From positions 1 through 59,381 of the forward strand of contig NIVC01001466.1 in assembly GCA_002269645.1 (NCBI GenBank): a stretch of DNA of 59,381 nucleotides, read 5' to 3'. Of the stretch, positions 13,060-24,584 are shown in pieces. The stretch's first letter is position 1. Each line of letters begins with the position of its first letter. Below the pieces are notes generated by a model. That model searched no databases. It saw only the letters and a program-made list of their open reading frames with translations, and was not told where the DNA came from. Position numbers and translations under genes: made by a program. The DNA is from Macrostomum lignano. Its lineage: Eukaryota.

Positions 13060-13850
13060 CATCTAATCTCATCCTACATCTCTAGTCTCATCCTACAATT
13101 CTAGTCTCATCCTACATCTCTTGTCTTATCTTACATCTCTAGTCTCATCCTACATCTCAAGTCTCATCCTACAATTCTAGTCTCATCCTACATCTCTAGT
13201 CTCATCCTACATCTCAAGTCTCATCCTACAATTCTAGTCTTATCTTACATCTCTAGTCTCATCCTACATCCCAAGTCTCACCCTACAATTCTAGTCTCAT
13301 CCTACATCTCTAGTCTCGTCCTACATCTCTAGTCTCATCTTATATTTCTACACCTCTTTTTTTATTAGAGACAGGGGGGTTGTGTGCACCCTGGCGCACT
13401 TTAAGCGACATCAACACACAACCGGTGAGAGGCATTACTGCCCACTCCGCCGACTCCCCTGAGCAGGCACACAAGCGCGCGGATACGTACGCAGTCATAC
13501 GCACAGGCACACACTCACACAGGAGTGTACAGCGGCCCTAACTTTATTTATCGTTAGGCATGTACACTTCACTGCGCCTTGGGGGTTGGCTCTCAGGGCC
13601 GTTAATTGCACGAGCAGAGCCAAGCCGAGATTCCAATTCAGCCCCAAATTAATGTGACTGCTCTTGGAATCGAGCCTGGGTCGCTGGCACACCAGAGCAG
13701 CGGCGCTACCGCTGGGCTACGGCCCCCCTTCTACACCTCTAGTCTCACCCTACAATTCTAATCTTATCTTAAATTTCTAGTCTCATATTACATCTCTAGT
13801 CTCATTCTAGACTTCTAATCTTTTATGTCATCCTACATTTTTAAGTTCAT
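13060..13850. repeat. 19-bp minisatellite (CTAGTCTCATCCTACATCT) split by a SINE
   Basis: Units occur on both sides of the 13358-13728 insertion. Confidence 0.85.
13358..13728 (-). mobile_element. tRNA-derived SINE, copy 1 (full length)
   Basis: Minus-strand head GGGGCCGTAGCCCAGCGG (A box) and GGCTCGATTCC (B box), A-rich tail, 12-bp TSD TTCTACACCTCT at 13346-13357 and 13729-13740; second copy at ~37.1-37.4 kb. Confidence 0.85.
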
Positions 13851-13979
13851 CCTACGTGAGCAATTTAGTTTTTGACTGAACTCATGCATAAGCTGGCTTT
13901 TGTGAATTCATGCGAAAAATTTCTTTAAACAGACTTTTGATTATCATGCGAGTAATTTGATTCTATGGTTTAAGAACAG

Positions 13980-14168
13980 GTCATGTGCCCCGCAAGATTA
14001 TTCAACGTCTCGCAAATCCCACAGCTCTTCAAGAAGCATTCAACTTTTTTGACATCGACCAAGACGGCCGAATCACTAGCGGCGAGCTGCAGAAGGTGCT
14101 GAAATTCCTTGGCTTCAAAACTAACGAGGACGAGGTGAAACTGATGATCGCCGATGTTGATATTGACG
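13980..14168 (+). CDS. Calmodulin-like protein exon (EF-hand 1 and start of EF-hand 2)
   Basis: HVPRKIIQRLANPTALQEAFNFFDIDQDGRITSGELQKVLKFLGFKTNEDEVKLMIADVDIDG; AACAG| acceptor and G|GTGAGG donor. Confidence 0.95.
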
Positions 14169-14214
14169 GTGAGGCATTCAGTTTAGCTGGCTAGATCCAT
14201 TCTATTTTAGTTTA

Positions 14215-15372
14215 CCTCTGATTGGCTAGATTAGCAATCCAGTCTATTCCAATTGATTTGTGATTGGCTAGATTACCAATCCATTCTATTCCAATTGATC
14301 TGTGATTGGCTAGATTTGCAATCCATTCTATTCCAATTGATTTGTGATTGGCTAGATTACCAATCCATTCTATTCCAATTGATCTGTGATTGGCTAGATT
14401 TGCAATCCATTCTATTCCAATTGATTTGTGATTGGCTAGATTAGCAATCCATTCTATTCCAATTGATTTGTGATTGGCTAGATTAGCAATCCATTCTATT
14501 CCAATTGATCTGTGATTGGCTAGATTAGCAATCCATTCTATTCCAATTGATTTGTGATTGGCTAGATTAGCAATCCATTCTATTCCAATTGATTTGTGAT
14601 TGGCTAGATTAGCAATCCATTCTATTCCAATTGATTTGTGATTGGCTAGATTAGCAATCCATTCTATTCCAATTGATTTGTGATTGGCTAGATTAGCAAT
14701 CCATTCTATTCCAATTGATTTGTGATTGGCTAGATTAGCAATCCATTCTATTCCAATTGATTTGTGATTGGCTAGATTAGCAATCCATTCTATTCCAATT
14801 GATCTGTGATTGGCTAGATTAGCAATCCATTCTATTCCAATTGATCTGTGATTGGCTAGATTAGCAATCCATTCTATTCCAATTGATCTGTGATTGGCTA
14901 GATTAGCAATCCATTCTATTCCAATTGATTTGTGATTGGCTAGATTAGCAATTCATTCTATTCCAATTGATTTGTGATTGGCTAGATTAGCAATCCATTC
15001 TATTCCAATTGATTTGTGATTGGCTAGATTAGCAATCCATTCTATTCCAATTGATCTGTGATTGGCTAGATTAGCAATCCATTCTATTCCAATTGATTTG
15101 TGATTGGCTAGATTAGCAATGCATTCTATTACAATTGATCAGTGATTGGCTAGATTAGCAATGCATTCTATTCCAATTGATCAGTGATTGGCTAGATTAG
15201 CAATGCATTCTATTCCAATTGATCAGTGATTGGCTAGATTAGCAATCCATTCTATTCCAATTGATTTGTGATTGGCTAGGTTAGCAATTCATTCTATTCC
15301 AATTGATCTGTGATTGGCTAGATTAGCAATCCATTCTATTCCAATTGATTTGTGATTGGCTAGGTTAGCAAT
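14215..15372 (+). repeat. 42-bp satellite (~27 units) filling a calmodulin-like intron
   Basis: ATTGAT(T/C)TGTGATTGGCTAGATTAGCAATCCATTCTATTCCA; reverse complement of the 19.4-24.6 kb and 27.4-27.7 kb arrays. Confidence 0.97.
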
Positions 15373-15393
15373 GCACTTTATAAACCCCCGCAG

Positions 15394-15500
15394 GCAACGG
15401 CACAGTAGAATTCAACGAGTTCCTCAAAATGATGAAGAAGTATTACAAGCAGAGTTCGGACGAGCACTCTGAGGACGCCGATATGTGGGAGGCATTTAAG
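15394..15500 (+). CDS. Calmodulin-like protein exon (EF-hand 2 end and central linker)
   Basis: GNGTVEFNEFLKMMKKYYKQSSDEHSEDADMWEAFK; CCCCGCAG| acceptor, |GTTTGT donor, phase 1-0. Confidence 0.95.
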
Positions 15501-15594
15501 GTTTGTAAAAATTAATTTGTAATTTAATTAAATATTTAAATAACCAGAATGAAAGAATGCAATGATTAAAACAAATAATTATATTATCTGACAG

Positions 15595-15742
15595 GCTTTC
15601 GATCACAATGGCGACAATTTTATCGACTTCGCCGAGATTAAGAAGACGATGCACTTCTTAGGCGAGGAGGTCACAGACGAGGACGTCCGGTCGATGATAC
15701 GAGAGGCGGATGTGGACAATGACGGCCGAATCAACTTTGAAG
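15595..15742 (+). CDS. Calmodulin-like protein exon (EF-hands 3 and 4)
   Basis: [49 protein letters not shown]; GACAG| acceptor, G|GTAACT donor. Confidence 0.95.
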
Positions 15743-16328
15743 GTAACTTTGCGTTGCTTGGCTTGTTATTCATGTGTCCAGTATGTTGTTTAAAATACTT
15801 ATTTTACGACAGAAAATGCGCTTCATAATAAATTCCTTTTTATGCCCTTTTTACACTACTTATGTCAGTAGAAAGCTAAGAAGCGAGAAACTTTAATCAA
15901 AAGCATAATTTATAAACAATAATTAAGTAACCACTTTTCTCTAACCAATCCGATATGTTGTGAAAGATACATTTGATCAATATCTCCTTTTAAGCCATTT
16001 TTACACTACTCATGTCAGTAGGAATATAAGAAACGACAACTTTTCTCGAACCAAAGGTTTAATTTTTTTACTATAATTTATTAACCAATTTTCTTAATAA
16101 GCCGATGTGTTGTGAAAAAACTTTGATTCAATTCAAAAAAGCATTTGGTAAATATCTCCTTATTTGCCCTTTTAACACTACTCATGTCAGTAGAAATATA
16201 GGAAACAATAAACTTTAATCGAATGATAATTTAAAATTTTATTAACAATTTAGTTATCAATGTTTCAAATCATCTACTTTTGTCAGTAGAAATATACGAA
16301 TAATAAAATATGTTTTGCTCGCCCGCAG

Positions 16329-16381
16329 AATTCAAGAAAATGATGGCCGTCATGCAGCAGAAGGCCAGCAGCCAATCGTAG
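16329..16381 (+). CDS. Calmodulin-like protein last coding exon
   Basis: EFKKMMAVMQQKASSQS-stop; CCCGCAG| acceptor in phase 1. Confidence 0.92.
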
Positions 16382-16875
16382 TGAGCCGCCGTCATCTCAG
16401 ACAATCCTTCTTCTTAAACGGCAGTGTTTCTTCTTCTTTATTCTTCATTCCTCTCTTTCTTTTTGCCCTTTTTAGACTTTAGAAGAACTGTTTCGTATGA
16501 ATTATGTTTCTCCTACAAGACTATTATTGTACTGAGGCCTTTTGTGGATTGCTGGATTCTTGATGACTTGCTTAAATGTTTTCCTCTGGTTTTTCGATCT
16601 AATTCTATATATATAATTAATATATCATACTGCCTGCTGTTTAAAAAATTGATTTTCTATTGATTCTGTGCACTTTCCTTCGGTAAATATTTGTCAAATA
16701 TGACTGCAGATTTAATTTATATATTCAACGATTGATTTGTACACACTGATTATTCGCGCCTGCTGTAATTTTATTTTATTCTAGTCTCATTGGCATTATT
16801 GTTTGCTCACCTGGGTGGGCAGAGTGCTGGCTCTGCTTTATTTACCTGCGCTGGGATCGTGATGTTGCTTGACGG

Positions 16876-17050
16876 ACAGATACAGACAGACAGACAGACA
16901 GACAGACAGGCAGACAGACAGACAGACAGGCAGACAGACAGACTGACTGACTGACTGACTGACTGACTGACTGACTGACTTGAGTGAGTGGGTGACTGAC
17001 TGACTGACTGACTGACTGACTGACAGACAGACAGACAGGCAGACAGACAA
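16876..17050. repeat. Compound (GACA)n/(GACT)n microsatellite
   Basis: Direct reading. Confidence 0.92.
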
Positions 17051-18061
17051 CTATTTTGATACCTAAGAAACTACTATGAAAGGGCAACATTCATAAATTG
17101 GTTTTATTAGCAAACAAGGTAAAGGGTATTTCGCATAACACAAAATATTGCAGCACTGATTATTGCAATAGCAGTTCTTGCATACTAGCAATCATTTATC
17201 AGATTGATCTAATTGAACTCTTTTGGTATCTAGTCTGTGTAAATTCACTTGAGAAGTCACACAATATTTCTATAAAATGCATCTATTTTGAATTATCATC
17301 ATTAATAAGCACGGGTGCAATTGTTCAAAACAGTCACAATCTTTACCTAATTAGCAATTTCTTTTGCACTTATAAGTCTGTGTTTTTTCTTTCAAAATCT
17401 CAGCTTTGATTTACAATTTTGTGTCAGCGCTAAGAGGAGTGAACACTTTATTTTCCTTGTTTCAATAACTTTTACTTGTTTTTTTAATTATCTTCATAAA
17501 TATTTCCTTTGTCCCGTAACTGATATTGCTGCTATTTAGTGCATTATTGATTCAATTTATTAAATTTATTAATATTATAATTAGTTCCAACCACAGTTGT
17601 CATGACAATAGATGCGATTAAAATATGTTATATTTTATTATTGACAATAATACAATTAGTAAAATTGCATATAAAAATGGTTGGTCATTAGTTTTTTGAA
17701 TAAATATTGACGCGTAAAAATGACTGGAATTTATTTTTTTATTAATGGAGAATTGAAGGCGATACGGTCAGAGTACTTTTAGTTGTTGCTGGGGGGCAGG
17801 TGGTAAACATGGGGCGTCTCCTGCGCATTCGCCTGGCGACCGCGCCCTAAAAAGTACTTTTGGATTTTGTAGGATGTGTTTTTTCGCCAAATTGTCGGAC
17901 AAAATCAACTGGGAAATGTTTTTTTAAGGACAAGAATCGATAAAATTTTGACGATGGGTTCAACGCGTAAATTATCCGTCTAAACTGTGTGACAATTGTC
18001 ATGTTTATGATTAGAAAAATGATTGTATATATCCAAAAAGTACGAAGATTTTATCGTGGTT

Positions 18062-18995
18062 ACTAGCAATCCACTCTGTTCGATTAGGCTATAGATTAGC
18101 AATCCACTCTGTTCGATTAGGCTATAGATTAGCAATCCACTCTGTTCGATTAGGCTATAGATTAGCAATCCACTCTGTTCGATTAGGCTATAGATTAGCA
18201 ATCCACTCTGTTCGATTAGGCTATAGATTAGCAATCCACTCTGTTCGATTAGGCTATAGATTAGCAATCCACTCTATGTTCAAGTAGGCTATAGATTAGT
18301 AATCCACTCTATATTCAAGTAGGCTATAGATTAGCAATCCACTCTATGTTCAAGTAGGCTATAGATTAGCAATCCACTCTATGTTCAAGTAGGCTATAGA
18401 TTAGCAATCCACTCTATGTTCAAGTAGGCTATAGATTAGCAATCCACTCTATATTCAAGTAGGCTATAGATTAGCAATCCACTCTATATTCAATTAGGCT
18501 ATAGATTAGCAATCCACTCTATGTTCAAGTAGGCTATAGATTAGCAATCCACTCTATGTTCAAGTAGGCTATAGATTAGCAATCCACTCTATGTTCAAGT
18601 AGGCTATAGATTAGCAATCCACTCTATGTTCAAGTAGGCTATAGATTAGCAATCCACTCTATGTTCAAGTAGGCTATAGATTAGCAATCCACTCTATGTT
18701 CAAGTAGGCTATAGATTAGCAATCCACTCTATATTCAAGTAGGCTATAGATTAGCAATCCACTCTATATTCAAGTAGGCTATAGATTAGCATCCACTCTA
18801 TATTCAAGTAGGCTATAGATTAGCATCCACTCTATATTCAAGTAGGCTATAGATTAGCAATCCACTCTATATTCAAGTAGGCTATAGATTAGCAATCCAC
18901 TCTATCCAATTAGACTATGGATTAGCAATCCACTCTATATTCAATTAGGCTATAGATTAGCAATCCACTCTATCTAATTAGGCTATGGATTAGAT
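18062..18995. repeat. 33/35-bp minisatellite related to the 42-bp satellite
   Basis: 33-bp ATTAGCAATCCACTCTGTTCGATTAGGCTATAG changing to 35-bp TTAGCAATCCACTCTATGTTCAAGTAGGCTATAGA; shares GATTAGCAATCCA(C/T)TCT with the 42-mer. Confidence 0.92.
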
Positions 18996-19091
18996 TGGCA
19001 AACTACATTGGTTAGTAATTATTATGATATTATTATTAGTAGTAGTAGTAGTAGTACAACATAACTCACGCGGTAATCTTAAAGATTAAGT

Positions 19092-19346
19092 CTAGAGTCG
19101 AGCATGAATAACAAACGAGTTTCCGCTCGACCCAGAACTCAGTCCAGTGCCGGATTCATCACACTCCGCCGCCTTCCTCAGCCAGAATCTGGGCCTCTTT
19201 GTCGCCGTTCTTCGCGGCCGCTTCGATGCCACTGGAGCGAAGGCAGCCGCAGACAACAGGTACCAGGCAATTGGCAGAGTCAGCAGCAGCGCTGCCAGGA
19301 AGGCGATGGCACGGAACACTAAAATGTGTGCGCAGTGGGGCAATGT
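19092..19346 (-). CDS. Last exon of the RNF217-like gene (TM helix plus basic tail)
   Basis: GC-rich island reading ILVFRAIAFLAALLLTLPIAWYLLSAAAFAPVASKRPRRTATKRPR; acceptor ATAAG| at 19347. There is a phase conflict with the upstream donor (see findings). Confidence 0.65.
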   Translation of the reverse strand, partial: TLPHCAHILVFRAIAFLAALLLTLPIAWYLLSAAAFAPVASKRPRRTATKRPRFWLRKAAECDESGTGLSSGSSGNSFVIHARL

Positions 19347-19353
19347 CTTATGG

Positions 19354-22300
19354 CTAATCTAGCCAATCACTGATCAGTTAGAATAGAATGGATTGCTAAT
19401 CTAGCCAAATCACAGATCAATCGGAATAGAATGGATTGCTAATCTAGCCAATCACAGATCAATTGGAATAGAATGGATTGCTAATCTAGCCAATCACAAA
19501 TCAATTGGAATAGAATGGATTGCTAATCTAGCCAATCACAGATCAATCGGAATAGAATGGATTGCTAATCTAGCCAATCACAAATCAATTGGAATAGAAT
19601 GGATTGCTAATCTAGCCAATCACAAATCAATTGGAATAGAATGGATTGCTAATCTAGCCAATCACAAATCAATTGGAATAGAATGGATTGCTAATCTAGC
19701 CAATCACAAATCAATTGGAATAGAATGGATTGCTAATCTAGCCAATCACAGATCAATCGGAATAGAATGGATTGCTAATCTAGCCAATCACAGATCAATT
19801 GGAATAGAATGGATTGCTAATCTAGCCAATCACAGATCAATTGGAATAGAATGGATTGCTAATCTAGCCAATCACAAATCAATTGGAATAGAATGGATTG
19901 CTAATCTAGCCAATCACAAATCAATTGGAATAGAACGGATTGCTAATCTAGCCAATCACAGATCAATTGGAATAGAATGGATTGCTAATCAAGCCAAATC
20001 ACAGATCAATCGGAATAGAATGGATTGCTAATCTAGCCAATCACAGATCAATCGGAATAGAATGGATTGCTAATCTAGCCAATCACAGATCAATCGGAAT
20101 AGAATGGATTGCTAATCTAGCCAATCACAAATCAATTGGAATAGAATGGATTGCTAATCTATCCAATCACAAATCAATTGGAATAGAATTGATTGCTAAT
20201 CTAGCCAATCACAAATCAATTGGAATAGAATGGATTGCTAATCTAGCCAATCACAGATCAATTGGAATAGAATGGATTGTTAATCTAGCCAATCACAAAT
20301 CAATTGGTATAGAATGGATTGCTAATCTAGTCAATCACAGATCAATTGGAATAGAATGGATTGCTAATCTAGCCAATCACAGATCAATCGGAATAGAATG
20401 GATTGTTAATCTAGCCAATCACAGATCAATCGGAATAGAATGGATTGCTAATCTAGCCAAATCACAGATCAATCGGAATAGAATGGATTGCTAATCTAGC
20501 AAATCACAAATCAATTGGAATAGAATGGATTGCTAATCTAGCCAATCACAAATCAATTGGAATAGAATGGATTGCTAATCTAGCCAATCACAGATCAATC
20601 GGAATAGAATGGATTGCTAATCTAGCCAATCACAGATCAATTGGAATAGAATGGATTGCTAATCTAGCCAATCACAGATCAATTGGAATAGAATGGATTG
20701 CTAATCTAGCCAATCACAAATCAATTGGAATAGAATGGATTGCTAATCTAGCCAAATCACAGATCAATTGGAATAGAATGGATTGCTAATCTAGCCAATC
20801 ACAGATCAATTGGAATAGAATGGATTGCTAATCTAGCCAATCACTGGTCAATTGGAATAGAATGGATTGCTAATCTAGCCAATCACTGATCAATTGGAAT
20901 AGAATGGATTGCTAATCTAGCCAATCACAGATCAATTGGAATAGAATGGATTGCTAATCTAGCCAATCACAGATCAATTGGAATAGAATGGATTGCTAAT
21001 CTAGCCAGTCACAGATCAATCGGAATAGAATGAATTGCTAATCTAGCCAATCACAGATCAATCGGAATAGAATGGATTGCTAATCTAGCCAATCACAGAT
21101 CAATCGGAATAGAATGGATTGCTAATCTAGCCAATCACAAATCAATTGGAATAGAATGGATTGCTAATCTATCCAATCACAAATCAATTGGAATAGAATT
21201 GATTGCTAATCTAGCCAATCACAAATCAATTGGAATAGAATAGATTGCTAATCTAACCAATCACAAATCAATTGGAATAGAATGGATTGCTAATCTAGCC
21301 AATCACAGATCAATTGGAATAGAATGGATTGTTAATCTAGCCAATCACAAATCAATTGGTATAGAATGGATTGCTAATCTAGTCAATCACAGATCAATTG
21401 GAATAGAATGGATTGCTAATCTAGCCAATCACAGATCAATCGGAATAGAATGGATTGTTAATCTAGCCAATCACAGATCAATCGGAATAGAATGGATTGC
21501 TAATCTAGCCAAATCACAGATCAATCGGAATAGAATGGATTGCTAATCTAGCAAATCACAAATCAATTGGAATAGAATGGATTGCTAATCTAGCCAATCA
21601 CAAATCAATTGGAATAGAATGGATTGCTAATCTAGCCAATCACAGATCAATCGGAATAGAATGGATTGCTAATCTAGCCAATCACAGATCAATTGAAATA
21701 GAATGGATTGCTAATCTAGCCAATCACAGATCAATTGGAATAGAATGGATTGCTAATCTAGCCAATCACAGATCAATTGGAATAGAATGGATTGCTAATC
21801 TAGCCAATCACAAATCAATTGGAATAGAATGGATTGCTAATCTAGCCAATCACAGATCAATCGGAATAGAATGGATTGCTAATCTAGCCAAATCACAGAT
21901 CAATCGGAATAGAATGGATTGCTAATCTAGCCAAATCACAGATCAATCGGAATAGAATGGATTGCTAATCTAGCCAATCACAGATCAATCGGAATAGAAT
22001 GGATTGCTAATCTAGCCAAATCACAGATCAATCGAATAGAATGGATTGCTAATCTAGCCAAATCACAGATCAATCGGAATAGAATGGATTGCTAATCTAG
22101 CAAATCACAAATCAATCGGTATAGAATGGATTGCTAATCTAGCCAATCACAAATCAATTGGAATAGAATTGATTGCTAATCTAGCCAATCACAGATCAAT
22201 CGGAATAGAATGGATTGCTAATCTAGCCAAATCACAGATCAATCGGTATAGAATGGATTGCTAATCTAGCCAATCACAGATCAATTGGAATAGAATGGAT

Positions 22301-24577
22301 TGCTAATCTAGCCAATCACAGATCAATTGGAATAGAATGGATTGCTAATCTAGCCAATCACAAATCAATTGGAATAGAATGGATTGCTAATCTAGCCAAT
22401 CACAGATCAATTGGAATAGAATGGATTGCTAATCTAGCCAATCACAGATCAATTGGAATAGAATGGATTGCTAATCTAGCCAATCACAGATCAATTGGAA
22501 TAGAATGGATTGCTAATCTAGCCAATCACAGATCAATTGGAATAGAATGGATTGCTAATCTAGCCAATCACAAATCAATTGGAATAGAATGGATTGCTAA
22601 TCTAGCCAATCACAGATCAATCGGAATAGAATGGATTGCTAATCTAGCCAATCACAGATCAATTGGAATAGAATGGATTGCTAATCTAGCCAATCACAAA
22701 TCAATTGGAATAGAATGGATTGCTAATCTAGCCAATCACAGATCAATTGGAATAGAATGGATTGCTAATCTAGCCAATCACTGGTCAATTGGAATAGAAT
22801 GGATTGCTAATCTAGCCAATCACTGATCAATTGGAATAGAATGGATTGCTAATCTAGCCAATCACAGATCAATTGGAATAGAATGGATTGCTAATCTAGC
22901 CAATCACAGATCAATTGGAATAGAATGGATTGCTAATCTAGCCAGTCACAGATCAATCGGAATAGAATGAATTGCTAATCTAGCCAATCACAGATCAATC
23001 GGAATAGAATGGATTGCTAATCTAGCCAATCACAGATCAATCGGAATAGAATGGATTGCTAATCTAGCCAATCACAAATCAATTGGAATAGAATGGATTG
23101 CTAATCTATCCAATCACAAATCAATTGGAATAGAATTGATTGCTAATCTAGCCAATCACAAATCAATTGGAATAGAATAGATTGCTAATCTAACCAATCA
23201 CAAATCAATTGGAATAGAATGGATTGCTAATCTAGCCAATCACAGATCAATTGGAATAGAATGGATTGTTAATCTAGCCAATCACAAATCAATTGGTATA
23301 GAATGGATTGCTAATCTAGTCAATCACAGATCAATTGGAATAGAATGGATTGCTAATCTAGCCAATCACAGATCAATCGGAATAGAATGGATTGTTAATC
23401 TAGCCAATCACAGATCAATCGGAATAGAATGGATTGCTAATCTAGCCAAATCACAGATCAATCGGAATAGAATGGATTGCTAATCTAGCAAATCACAAAT
23501 CAATTGGAATAGAATGGATTGCTAATCTAGCCAATCACAAATCAATTGGAATAGAATGGATTGCTAATCTAGCCAATCACAGATCAATCGGAATAGAATG
23601 GATTGCTAATCTAGCCAATCACAGATCAATTGAAATAGAATGGATTGCTAATCTAGCCAATCACAGATCAATTGGAATAGAATGGATTGCTAATCTAGCC
23701 AATCACAGATCAATTGGAATAGAATGGATTGCTAATCTAGCCAATCACAGATCAATTGGAATAGAATGGATTGCTAATCTAGCCAATCACAGATCAATCG
23801 GAATAGAATGGATTGCTAATCTAGCCAAATCACAGATCAATCGGAATAGAATGGATTGCTAATCTAGCCAAATCACAGATCAATCGGAATAGAATGGATT
23901 GCTAATCTAGCCAATCACAAATCAATTGGAATAGAATGGATTGCTAATCTAGCCAATCACAAATCAATTGGAATAGAATTGATTGCTAATCTAGCCAATC
24001 ACAGATCAATCGGAATAGAATGGATTGCTAATCTAGCCAAATCACAGATCAATCGGTATAGAATGGATTGCTAATCTAGCCAATTACAGATCAATTGGAA
24101 TAGAATGGATTGCTAATCTAGCCAATCACAGATCAATTGGAATAGAATGGATTGCTAATCTAGCCAATCACAAATCAATTGGAATAGAATGGATTGCTAA
24201 TCTAGCCAATCACAGATCAATTGGAATAGAATGGATTGCTAATCTAGCCAATCACAGATCAATTGGAATAGAATGGATTGCTAATCTAGCCAATCACAGA
24301 TCAATTGGAATAGAATGGATTGCTAATCTAGCCAATCACAGATCAATTGGAATAGAATGGATTGCTAATCTAGCCAATCACAAATCAATTGGAATAGAAT
24401 GGATTGCTAATCTAGCCAATCACAGATCAATTGGAATAGAATGGATTGCTAATCTAGCCAATCACAGATCAATCGGAATAGAATGGATTGCTAATCTAGC
24501 CAATCACAGATCAATCGGAATAGAATGGATTGCTAATCTAGCCAATCACAAATCAATCGGAATAGAATGGATTGCTA
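19354..24577 (-). repeat. 42-bp satellite (~124 units) forming essentially the whole intron
   Basis: CTAATCTAGCCAATCACA(G/A)ATCAAT(T/C)GGAATAGAATGGATTG on +; begins within ~10 nt of both splice sites. Confidence 0.98.
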
Positions 24578-24584
24578 GTCTCAC

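Noticed and set aside
13655-13728. tRNA gene (also at 37330-37404)
   Set aside because: A and B boxes are present but there is no closing acceptor stem; continuation into a shared body with TSD and A tail indicates a SINE.
14215-24577. 42-bp repeats as a CRISPR array
   Set aside because: The units are head-to-tail with no unique spacers, there are no cas genes and the context is eukaryotic introns.
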